From the NCBI GenBank assembly GCA_013115145.1, contig JAAPAO010000391.1, positions 1 through 33,614 on the forward strand: DNA of 33,614 bases, given 5' to 3'. Under the pieces are notes generated by a model. The model was given only the letters and a program-made list of their open reading frames with translations. It ran no database searches and was not told where the DNA came from. Source of the stretch: Perkinsus chesapeaki ATCC PRA-425 (lineage: Eukaryota > Protista > Perkinsozoa). The position numbers and the translations under genes are program-made. Shown one piece after another: positions 1-9,008 of the stretch (position 1 is its first letter; every line of letters starts with the position of its first letter).

Positions 1-2
1 CA

Positions 3-240
3 CGCGCCTAGGGAAGGGTGGGTTCCCAAACCCGCCCCTGTAGGCGCGCCCCATACGCCTGGCGAAAACCCTGAACTGTTCCGCAACATATCTGATATTA
101 TATTTCGACTTGTTTGGCGAATTCGCGGCCAACTTTTTGAGATAAATCAGTTGGTAAGCCCCGAAGGGACCTTTCGGTTTTCTCGCCTCGCAAAACCTGC
201 TGTCTTGTCTCTGCGGCTGAGATCACTAGCTCTCAGCCGT
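3..240. other. Cluster of stable stem-loops (candidate structured RNA or element terminus)
   Basis: Hairpin 3-48: CGCGCCTA/TAGGCGCG outer stem plus 9-bp inner stem 16-24/29-37. Stem 129-134/149-154. Adjacent minus-strand ccc-UUCG-ggg (159-168) and acc-GAAA-ggu (169-178) tetraloop hairpins. Perfect 9-bp stem 214-222/231-239. No family assignable. Confidence 0.3.
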
Positions 241-743
241 TTGAAGAAGAGGCCTTCCCAGTAGACATGCCATAGTACAGTGGTACGTGTACTCAGTATC
301 CCCCACGACGCGAGTGAATGCAAGCCAAGCGATGCCCTAACTGACTGTTATCACTGTGCCAGGGATGGGATGCCTTAGGAATGCCGAATCGGTCCAAATT
401 CCGTCTCCTGGCAACTTGACGATTATCAGGATTTATAGTGCAATCTAAATCGCTTACTAGAGGCGTTGTTCCAGAAGTTACACTGTGATTCCGGGATCCC
501 GATGTATCGGTTTCTTGGTGAATCTCCGTAAGTACGAATGAGACGTCCAATTCGTTCATAGAGATCCAGGCTCGAGTGATGTAGATTCGCGCTTCTACGC
601 AGACGGAGCTCGTCGCAATTTCTTGAGCGTCTCGCTGAAACGGTGATTCTATTCACTCTAGAGAGCAATCCAGTAGGCTGTAGGCAGCCTAGCCAAGTCT
701 ATATTCTCTACCAAGGCGATCTTAAGAGGCCACTTCACCGTTG

Positions 744-1939
744 ATGCAGTACGCAAAAGGCCGTTACGCAGTGGGATGCAACGGAATCGTCGGGCGCCGG
801 AGTTGCAAATACGAAACTCAACTACTCGAGACGATGTCTGCATTTTCGATTCGTTAGGTTCAACGACAGCGGTTGCAGCATTTCCTCGGGAGCTACCCTC
901 CTTGCCCGTCTCTAGCCAAGCCGAAGAACGATCCCCAGTGGGAAGAGCAATGGAAGGCGCTGTTGTCTCATATCAGCAGGGAAGTGGCAATCCATCGATC
1001 TCGGGAGTCTCAGAGGTGCGCGGCCCAGCTCAGGCAGTTCCTGCAATTATCCGACGGCACTCCTATCGACGAGACCATCGCCGCGGCTAGGAGCATAGCG
1101 GATCCGTCCAACCACTGCCAGCTCTGTTTACAAGGGGTCAATAAGAAGCTGGCGAGAGGCGTCGACGTGCGTGCGCTTGAGGGACTACAGCGACGGCGCT
1201 CCGAGCTCTGCGCTGAGCTAGAGTCCATCCGTGAATCCTCTCAGTACAGAGGTTACTTGGAGGTTCGTGACCTACTGCAGGAGCTGTTGGACACTGGCAG
1301 CCCGAGGCGGTCCTCTGGCGCCACTTTTGAGCAGTACGTGTGCCTAGACGATGCGTGGCTGAAGAAGGCCGTGGCATACAGGCTTGGTGTGCAAGATTGC
1401 TCTCAGTGGGAGTTGGTCCGAAACGCTCCTTGGGTAGATGACCGCGGTGAGAAGTAAGTGATATTCTCCATTACGTATTTCCTGTTATTCTGCTTGTGCC
1501 TAGGTGTGGCGAGGTGGACTGCGGAATAGTAACGAGGAAGAGACATCTTGTAGCTGTGATAGAGTGCAAGGCTGGATGTCTCCAGATTGCGATGGCTGCC
1601 ACCCAGCAACAGCGACATCTCTCCGGCTCTTCACCATGCACCCTCCTTCTCCGAGATGGCACGCGTGCTGTCCCTTCGAGCGATTGTACTGTCTTCGTCG
1701 CGACCACCTTGCCGCATCGTCGGTTCGGTATCGGGGTGGAGCCTCACCTCTTGGGTGCGCTGAGTTGGAGTCTAACTCGCAGCAATAAGTGGACTGCAGC
1801 TCGCAATAACACTCTGACCTCTGGCGACATCGAACAAGTCCTTTCAGACGCCCAGCGGAAGCTTCATGTGTGGTGCCGAGGCACCCCACCAGCCATTCAC
1901 TGGCTCACCCGGCATCCTGGCAGGTTGCTGTTGTTCTAA
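744..1939 (+). CDS. PD-(D/E)XK restriction-endonuclease-like nuclease (spliced; start uncertain)
   Basis: ORF 858-1453 joins ORF 1504-1939 through a 50-nt GTAAGT..TAG intron (1454-1503), giving ...SSGATFEQYV...DDRGEK|CGEVDCGIVTRKRHLVAVIECKAGCLQIAMAATQQQRHL...VFVATT. These are the G-x-x-FE, GEVD, IECK and A-x-x-Q motifs in the order expected for the PD-(D/E)XK fold. The 858 exon has no Met; ATG744 with intron 771-857 is the simplest 5' exon. Confidence 0.6.
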
Positions 1940-2283
1940 AATCACTGTTTCCGTACAATTTATGCACAGAGGTTTCCACTGGTCTTTTGACCTTGGTTTA
2001 ATGACAGATGAGGCTAACTACCATTGTGGTATGATTCTGTAATCGTTTCAACATCCCTATTATGCTCCATTATGGAACCGTTGCCGAGTGCAAGGCTGAC
2101 TCCTCTTAAATTGATAGTTTTGCCAAATACGCTCCACCCTGCACGCATGCGCATGTCATACTCAATGAGGAAATCACAAGACTGTTGAGACGAATATCGG
2201 GCGCGCGCTTAATTTCTGAACGCTCCACCGCGGCGGCGGAGGTCGATGACGATGACATGACCCCTTAGAGCTCTTTGTTGTTT

Positions 2284-2997
2284 ATGTCCTTTACCAACTC
2301 CCCTGGGAAAATGGACCCCTCCCTTTCCTGTGTATTGCATCTCGGTAAGCGCTCTGTCCTCTTAACAAGACCAATCTCCACAGGCATTACCAAGCCTATC
2401 CCCATAATAGTGGTGACAGCGTATCTTGGCGGCTTTGGCGACATAGAGAAGGTTGACGTGGCAGATTGCCACGACTCGACCCTGTCCCAAAGCAGCGGTA
2501 TAAAGATAAGGTAAGCGATTCGAGCCCAGTGCTTGGATATGTGCATGTCAAGCTTCGACCAATTCATTTTTTCATTTTTTACCGTACAAGAATTAAAGGA
2601 TTCATTTATTATGAGATATCGGTTAGGATATTTTGGAGGTCAACTGAGGAAGGGTTAAGAATGTTACCACACTGTCTCAGCCTCCCCCCCCGATCATCTC
2701 CTCGCAGGTACTTCGACTCTCGCTGCACCGAAAAAGTCATCGCCAAACTAAGATTCGCGAGCATTGATGCTCCAGTGGTGAGACTTGGTTTGTGTCGCGG
2801 AGACAGAGAGAGAGTCTGCTCAGGTTGTAGATGTGAGCATACGAGGGCGTGAAATGGCCGAGCAAATCAAGTTTGTTTCCTGCCGGCCAGTGTACACGGC
2901 TATCACTCCAGATCGAACTCGCTCCGTCAGCCTCGCTGATGTTCGCTGGACCGTTGGTGATACAATTGCCTGCTGTCAGCAGTTTGGAGATCTGTAA
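2284..2997 (+). CDS. Hypothetical protein, about 5 exons
   Basis: Phase-compatible GT-AG introns join MSFTNSPG...GIKIR|IKGFIYYEISVRIFWRSTEEG|YFDSRCTEKVIAKLRFASIDAPV|VVDVSIRG...CCQQFGDL*. No domain recognised. Confidence 0.5.
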
Positions 2998-3007
2998 GCG
3001 TCCTCGG

Positions 3008-3022
3008 TATTCTTAAATTGCC
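3008..3022 (+). promoter_or_regulatory. TATTCTTAAATTGCC motif upstream of ATG3058
   Basis: Exact 15-mer also found at 8804-8818. Both copies lie just 5' of plus-strand genes. Confidence 0.3.
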
Positions 3023-3057
3023 AGAGTCTACTCAGAAACACTATAAATAACCTCAGC

Positions 3058-3720
3058 ATGGCCGAAGCCCTGAAGCAGCCACATGCCCGAGCCGGCAGTA
3101 TATCATTCTTTGATTCACGAGCCACAGCACAGTTCCTCAAGGTGCCAAAACTATCAACTTGACTTCTCGTCCACTATCATCTCAGATATTCGCAGCGGTG
3201 GCGGAGGCCTCCAAGCAGCAGAATGGCCGGAGCGCTGTGAGGTCGTCGTCGTCGTCCTGGAACCAGACGCGCCTTGCCGCATCACCAACAATGGCTGATA
3301 GTGCCTACGCTGCTGGGCGCCCTCCGTCGAGAGGCTCCAGTCAGTACCTAGCGCACTGGACGCAGAACCGACGGCCCCAGAAGTTGTCCGGGAAGCAGTC
3401 CTACGGACAAGGGAATAATGTGGACATGTCATTTGGGGAGGACTCCACTGTAAGTATATCCGCATGTCGTATGAAGGAAGATAATAATTAGGGATACTCA
3501 GCGCAAGGCTCTCACTTCTCCGGGCGTAATAGTTTGAGGGAAGTCGGTGACTTGACGGTAATAGATCATAGAGCTCTGTGTTCCATAATGACTTGGTTTT
3601 AGAGGAGGTTCGAGAATGTGCCCACCGCCGGTGGATTGACTACCGACGTGAGATAATATTCCACCTTTTCCGTCGATAGACATTTCGCAGGGTCCGTCGG
3701 GTACTTATGATCTCCAAGAT
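3058..3720 (+). CDS. Hypothetical Ser-rich protein (3' end unresolved; may splice into the 3773 ORF)
   Basis: ATG3058 MAEALKQPHARAGSISFFDSRATAQFLK, then a GT-AG intron, then IFAAVAEASKQ...SFGEDST, a GTAAGT intron at 3450, and further small exons such as VLEEVRECAHRRWIDYR. Confidence 0.45.
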
Positions 3721-3772
3721 TTTCACACTCACAATATTTCAAGCAGCTTAGCATACAGCAGAGCAGCTGTGG

Positions 3773-4363
3773 ATGCGGGTACTTGCTGGGCTGCTGCTGC
3801 TGCTGCTGGTGCACGATGGTGGTGTTGTTGTTGATGATGACGTGTCTTCAGGCGAAGGGCTGCTTGTTGGAAATGATGGTAGTTTTAACTGGGCTGATGG
3901 CGAGTATGATATGAGTCTGGGTGAAAACGAAAACACTAACGATTACCAGCAGGGCCCGGATTACGGCGAGGCTTTTTATAAGACACTTTTGGAGGCTAGT
4001 GGTGAAGGTCCAGCGACGCACTATTAGTAAAACTAGGCAGCTTTCTGTGGACACTGCATCAACGTTGCATTGTCAGATTGTTATTTTCCGGCAACTCCTG
4101 CTAGTATTGTCCAAGGCTGTGGCATCCACTATTATAAGTTCATTATTTCCGCAATGGTTGTTAATCAAGTCATCAGCCCCCAGGACATCCCTTATAAAAT
4201 TATATCACTGGTCAATCCTGTTATTACTCTATTAGTTGCTCCCATCGTCGTCGGAGTTTTACTATTACTCTGTAGAATGTGTTTTTTCCTGAGTCACCAC
4301 TTTGCTGACGGTCACCAGTTTAGACCACGAGTTCATCATACCCTACTCGCGTACTTGCGATAG
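3773..4363 (+). CDS. Putative membrane protein: hydrophobic N-terminus, acidic region, Cys-containing region, TM helix
   Basis: MRVLAGLLLLLLVH (CTG run), then a D/E-rich segment, an intron near 4008-4038, and ...VITLLVAPIVVGVLLLLC. A further hydrophobic open frame at about 4525-4741 (AQLAFIAVLVV...LHILLAFLSTFLL) may be another exon. Confidence 0.4.
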
Positions 4364-4740
4364 TTATTTTCCCATTTATGTATGATTGAATGATAATCCG
4401 GTTCATAGGCACTTTCCCGTTTTTGAAAAGTTGGTCGTTGGCGATCAGCAGCTCTAACATCATCTCAATTTCGGGCACTTGTGTTCGCCCCCTCCCCCTC
4501 TAAGTCAGGCTCACATAGGTAATCGTCGCATAATAAGGCTGGTGGGGATGCTCAGCTTGCGTTTATCGCTGTTTTGGTTGTTGAGCTGAAACAGTGGGGC
4601 CAAACAGGCTCCACTGCTAGGGCAGCGCGTTCTGTCGTCGTGGCGTATCTTGGCTACTACACGACGGGTCTACATATTCTATTAGCTTTTCTGTCAACTT
4701 TTCTGTTGCGTGTGTTAAGTCCTCAATCTCGGCCGAGGTA

Positions 4741-5148
4741 ATGTTAATGAACGCCAAGTCGGAAACAGCTGGTCTCAACTGCGAGCAACAGCAAGCACTC
4801 CAGGACAAAGAGGTAGCCAAGCGACACGCTACTTTATGAAACCCAAGTATTTCAGGAGCAGTTGAGGGAGGCCCATGAAGATTATCTGAAAAGTCACCCA
4901 GAGTTGCGACAAATGCTCAACGACTTCATCGCATCGGCCCTGTTGCAGCAGCCGGTGAGTTACTGTACACTTGTAACATAAACGCCCTCAGAGGGCTCTA
5001 CAGCCGCTGAGTTACTCTTAGGGCTTATCTTTCTCAGGACGACATATTTGATTTTGCTAAGGACTACTTCACTACATTTAAGAAGGAATCTAACGCATCA
5101 TCCGAAGGTACCGGATTGGGCAGTGCTAGTGTCACCCTAGTCATTTAG
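4741..5148 (+). CDS. Small RIIa/DPY-30-type dimerisation-docking domain protein (CATIP C-terminal-like; probably flagellar)
   Basis: Introns 4813-4855 and 4955-5037 give MLMNAKSETAGLNCEQQQALQDKE|EQLREAHEDYLKSHPELRQMLNDFIASALLQQP|DDIFDFAKDYFTTFKK..., matching the Y-L-x-x-HPEL-x-x-LL-x-DF...P-x-D-x-F-x-FA-x-x-YF pattern. Absent from the ORF track because it is spliced. Confidence 0.75.
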
Positions 5149-5149
5149 C

Positions 5150-6820
5150 CGATGAGGGGGATGGTGCCGCTGCTACCGCCGGTCAAACATGAACTGAATC
5201 GAGGCTCATGGCTTAGTGTTGCGTTGTTACTAGTATGGTGAGGAGCAAAGATCCCGATAAGGAGCGGATAGAGACAAGCTCGCGGAAACCTGTTCCTGCT
5301 CTTGAGGTCAAGAAGTTTTCTAGGATCACTCGTTCATGTTGGTATCACCTTAGCCACTCGCGAACAAACAACGAATGTGAATAAGGACAACACGCGTGCT
5401 TCCATAACCGAAAGACAGGCAAAGGATCGCTTTGTAACAATATGCCATGGCGGAGGTCAGCGGACTCGGGCGACTGCCCGAAATGTCTGGACAATCGAAT
5501 GGGAACCGAGAATCGCTGGAAATCGGTCAAAGCCTCAGCGCGCACTTCCCGAACGAATCTGCAGATAAAGTTCGTGGAAGCTATTCCGGCTTTCACGTAC
5601 CTCGCGGCCTTTTCCTGCATGTCTCTTTGCTCATCGGTGGTCTCCGAGTCTGGAGATGAGTTGGCAGACTTTCTGAGATGTCTCCGTGACGCCATGAGGA
5701 AATGGTGCCTGCGCCAGAATTGCCGAGGATAAGCGAGCTCAGCAACAACACCATCTCGCCAGGGAATGATGGAGATGCTACCTGGATTTGGGCAACACTT
5801 GTGGGAGGTGTTTTGTACGTGTCAATTCTCTGGCTCGGTAAATTGGTTTAAGTCGTTCAATGACCTTGCGGGACAAGTTGGGTTCTAAAAAGGACAGCTT
5901 CTCGCCTGCTTTAAAACTGGTCTGTTTACCGAGACTCAAAATCGGTACGCTTAGTAAGCGGCATTCATGTGAGGTGACAGTAACAGTATAAACCGCAGCG
6001 AACTGAAGAGGGTACCAGTCGGGAGAGTTGTCTCTGACCAAATGCGCACTTGTCGGCGATTCGTAGGCGGGGAAAGCACGTAGTCCTCCACTCCAAAAGG
6101 CTCGCCAGCTGCCAATTCTGCTATCGGGTAGGGATCGAGCAGGGCTCCGCTAGTGGCGACCGAAAGGGCTAATGTGAGCAGTAGTCGCCGGGGCATGGAA
6201 AAGCTTACGCAGGTCGAATGCCTGTTGTGGAGGTGCGGACTCTATTGACGGTAGCAGCAAGCTGCAGGAGCCGGTGACGATGAAGTGCACCATCCAGGCA
6301 AGCCCATCCTTGGACCCACGGTGCACAACTATGTGGTCTCTGAGCGTGACGACGACGTAAGTATTGGTATACAAGCTGCCTTCCTCGCCTTTGATGTGTG
6401 TACGCCTCGCAGACGGAGTTGAGACGACCAATTTCCGCTGGCGAACAGTTAGGAAACATCTTTCCCAGGAACAGGCCATCAGACTGGAACCTATCACGAA
6501 CCTTGAAAAGGCAACGATCGACACTGCTGTTACACTTCCTGTGACCGCTCTTCTCCGGGCTGAGGAAAACACGAATCATCCACTATTTGAGAGATAAGCT
6601 CACTGTGTAGTCTGGACCTGCTCTTGCCTTCGCCAGCTGGCGGGCGCCTACCACTGCCATACCTGAGGTAGACTAGCAAGTTTCAAGAGTGATGAAGGCA
6701 GCTCACCCGCTCGCTTGAAAAGTGCTTGTCGTCTGGATGCCGGTGCCATTTGAGTGCGATGAGCTGATTAGCTTGAAGACGAACGAAGGTTTGAACAGTG
6801 GAACGAGTGGCACCTTACCA
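5150..6820 (-). CDS. Cyclic-nucleotide-binding (cNMP/CAP_ED-like) domain protein, degenerate; termini uncertain
   Basis: Introns 6121-6160 and 6003-6049 join HIVVHRGS...MVHFIVTGSCSLL...ISPF|AELAAGEPFGVEDYVL...RRQ|FAAVYTVTVTSHECRLLSVP. This follows the cNMP beta-barrel order (IFxxG; xFIxxG; ELxxGxxFG; TVTxxxxCxLL). More minus-strand exons continue to about 5150. Confidence 0.55.
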
Positions 6821-6873
6821 TTCACCAACGCAAGGCAACTAACAAGGTTAACGAGACTTGCATAGGATCATGT

Positions 6874-7766
6874 TCAGTTGTTGCTTTCCTCCTTTGATTC
6901 GTCCGCGGTGCCGTCATCGGTCGGGAACTCGAATGCCACCATTTCCTGCGGGAAGAGGTGGCAACGATCGCTATGCTGTTCTGGTGTATGTAACACAGAG
7001 GGCATTTCTAAGCTCATCTCAGGGGTTTTGGTGAGACTTCCGCGGACGGGGACGAACTCACTTTGTGCTGAAACATCATGGTGCAAAAGTCCTCGAAGTC
7101 CAATGCAGCGGTAATGTAGTCGATAGCGAACAAACCACTGGTGTCTACCCAACACAATGGGGTGAATCAGCTGATGCTCACTTATACCCTTCTCGGTGAT
7201 GACTTCGATGTAAGTGGCGAACTCATCATCGGTGATGTGGTGCTCATCGAGGACAGCTGAGCAGTTGATGATATTCATTGACTAGTTTATGCTATAGCTG
7301 TTAACCATTAGAAGTGTACATTATTTCGCACAGTATTTTATCATATAATTTCTATTGCTGAAATGGCTGCTTCTACTAATTATCTTCACTTGCTAGAGGT
7401 GAGGGTGTACCTTGTATTTGGTTTTCTATAAGCTCTTGATACCGTAGGAATATGCCGTGCCACTCTAGTGGGACATCTTGGTCTAGCTCGCGATCATCGA
7501 ACGTCTCCGCATGGTCGAATATGAACTTCGAGACGGCCTGTAGACCGCGAACGATAACGCGGGCAGTGACAAGTGGTTACGTCGGTGAAGGTACCACTTG
7601 TACAGTGGAGCTCCAACGCTGTGAAAAAGTCCAGGACTCTCTGGGTCTCGTTTTCCTCTGAAACAAATGCCTCTCTATAAGCTATTCCGAATGAGCGTGA
7701 ACCTTGAGCCTCATCAGTGTGGACATTAGCCGTCTGCGGGGCATCGGTCAGGACTTTAGTGGACAT
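6874..7766 (-). CDS. BART (ARL2-binding; ARL2BP/CFAP36-like) domain protein
   Basis: Spliced product: MSTKVL...RVLDFFTALELHCTSGTFTD|AVSKFIFDHAETFDDRELDQDVPLEWHGIFLRYQELIENQIQ|AVLDEHHITDDEFATYIEVITEK|DTSGLFAIDYITAALDFEDFCTMMFQHK|EMVAFEFP...ESNN*. Shows the BART hallmarks (LEW/Y..IF..YQELIE, I..DEF, A.DFE.F..MM). Splice phases are consistent. Confidence 0.8.
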
Positions 7767-7856
7767 GATAATTCTTAAGTGGTTATTGGGTTAAAATGCC
7801 TTTAGACAGAAAACACCGAGTTCCTGGAATTCAACACTGATACCACTGGTAATGTG

Positions 7857-8596
7857 CTACCGAGTCTGGCCGAGTGTTACAGGACAGGACATTAGCGAAG
7901 TCGATTCCCTCATATAGGCACGCTTGCGATATAATATTAAGTTAATATTATACGTGCTTTCATCCCACTGGTTAATATTATTAACCAATGGGGTGAAAGC
8001 ACGCCCACGAGCGCGTTGAGTACCACTAATGATGAGCAAGTGAAAGAAGGCCTCAACGACGTCCTCGAGCCCACTGATATATCATTTCAAGATATCTTTA
8101 GCTGTGTTGGCTCTATCCCAAAGTATTAAGTATATGAACCGTGGTTACGTACCTCGGTAAATGAGATAAAGAAAAGACATAGAGAAAAGCTCTCCGGCAA
8201 GATTCTGTATCTCCGCCACTAAGAGATCTGATTGACCAGGGGGCTCACCAACTTCTTTCCTTTCAACAATACTTCTCAGCACCTCCCACAAGCTCAATTA
8301 CAGTTGCTGAATCCTAACCACGAGCTAACTTTCGTACTGCATCGATATGGGCAATGGATTAAAGTGTTCATCGTAGAAGAGAGTACACAGACGCCATCGT
8401 CCACAAGATGAGTCATCTTTTTCTCGATAAGGGTGTGCCTGTAATAGAGCTTCAAAGGATTGTTGGCTATTAGGTATGCTTTAAGCTGAGTTTTGAAGAT
8501 TCGGACATTAACTACGGTACGATTAAGAATATCATTATTTACCGACTCGCAACTTTGTTGGAAATTTTTCAGCTCGCGGCCTATCACGATCTCCAT
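7857..8596 (-). CDS. Possible hypothetical gene (exon fragments only)
   Basis: Minus-strand coding-like fragments with GT/AG boundaries (MEIVIGRELKNFQQSCES|LKAYLIANNPLKLYYRH..., LWEVLRSIVERKEV|VAEIQNLAGELFSMS...). I could not build one stop-free model. Confidence 0.25.
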
Positions 8597-8654
8597 ATAG
8601 ATACACAATATTCCTTATAACGCATTTTTGAGGACCATTCCACAACCTTCCTTA

Positions 8655-8797
8655 GGCGTTCTATAAGCTTGGGATCCTCGGAGGCGTTCAAGAAGAAAAG
8701 TTCCTCAAAACGCCTTCTAACCGCCGATCTGTAGGGACAAAGACGTCCTAATATCCTAACGCCTAGGACCCTGAGATCCCAACCTTTTGGGAACGCC
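8655..8797. promoter_or_regulatory. Five AACGCC(T) motifs arranged divergently
   Basis: GGCGTT at 8655 and 8683 (minus orientation); AACGCC at 8709, 8758 and 8792 (plus orientation). They lie between a possible minus-strand gene and the plus-strand DDHD gene. Confidence 0.3.
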
Positions 8798-9008
8798 CCT
8801 TGTTATTCTTAAATTGCCTGCTAATGGGTTCAATTCCTTTAAACGCTTGTGCTCCCTGGAAGTAGATAATTTAGGGCGAGACGATTGCCATCCTGCGCAG
8901 ATCGCTCCGCTGAACAGCGCAACTCTCCGATGAAGCTAGCAGCTGCTGAATCGTCGTCGGTCACGCAACAACATCGGTCACCCGGCTGAGGCACATAAGT
9001 GTTGCGGC

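Noticed and set aside
49-90. 5S rRNA-like CCATAC...GAAAAC, and RNase MRP-like GAAAGGTCCC/GGGGCTTA at 155-178
   Set aside because: The spacing is wrong, the rest of the consensus is missing, and the MRP-like halves are adjacent rather than about 200 nt apart.
293-843. Minus-strand ORFs 293-559, 426-668 and 658-843 as a gene or retroelement
   Set aside because: No RT, gag or transposase motif, and I could not build a consistent splice model. Left unannotated.
1562-2098. 13-mer GAGTGCAAGGCTG repeated at 1562 and 2086
   Set aside because: Compatible with chance in a window this size, and similarity does not extend.
4638-4655. Degenerate SL-like CGTGGCGTATCTTGGCT upstream of ATG4741
   Set aside because: It lacks the CAAG end and reads as coding AYLG. 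The same GCGTATCTTGGC occurs in coding sequence near 2420.
5951-6597. Signal-peptide-like ORF MPRRLLLTLALSV (minus) and a plus-strand gene sharing the CATG at 6194-6197
   Set aside because: Both are better explained as alternative-frame or antisense readings of the spliced minus-strand cNMP-domain gene.
8824-8838. GGTTCAATTCC T-loop/B-box-like motif
   Set aside because: The T-stem does not pair and there is no cloverleaf.
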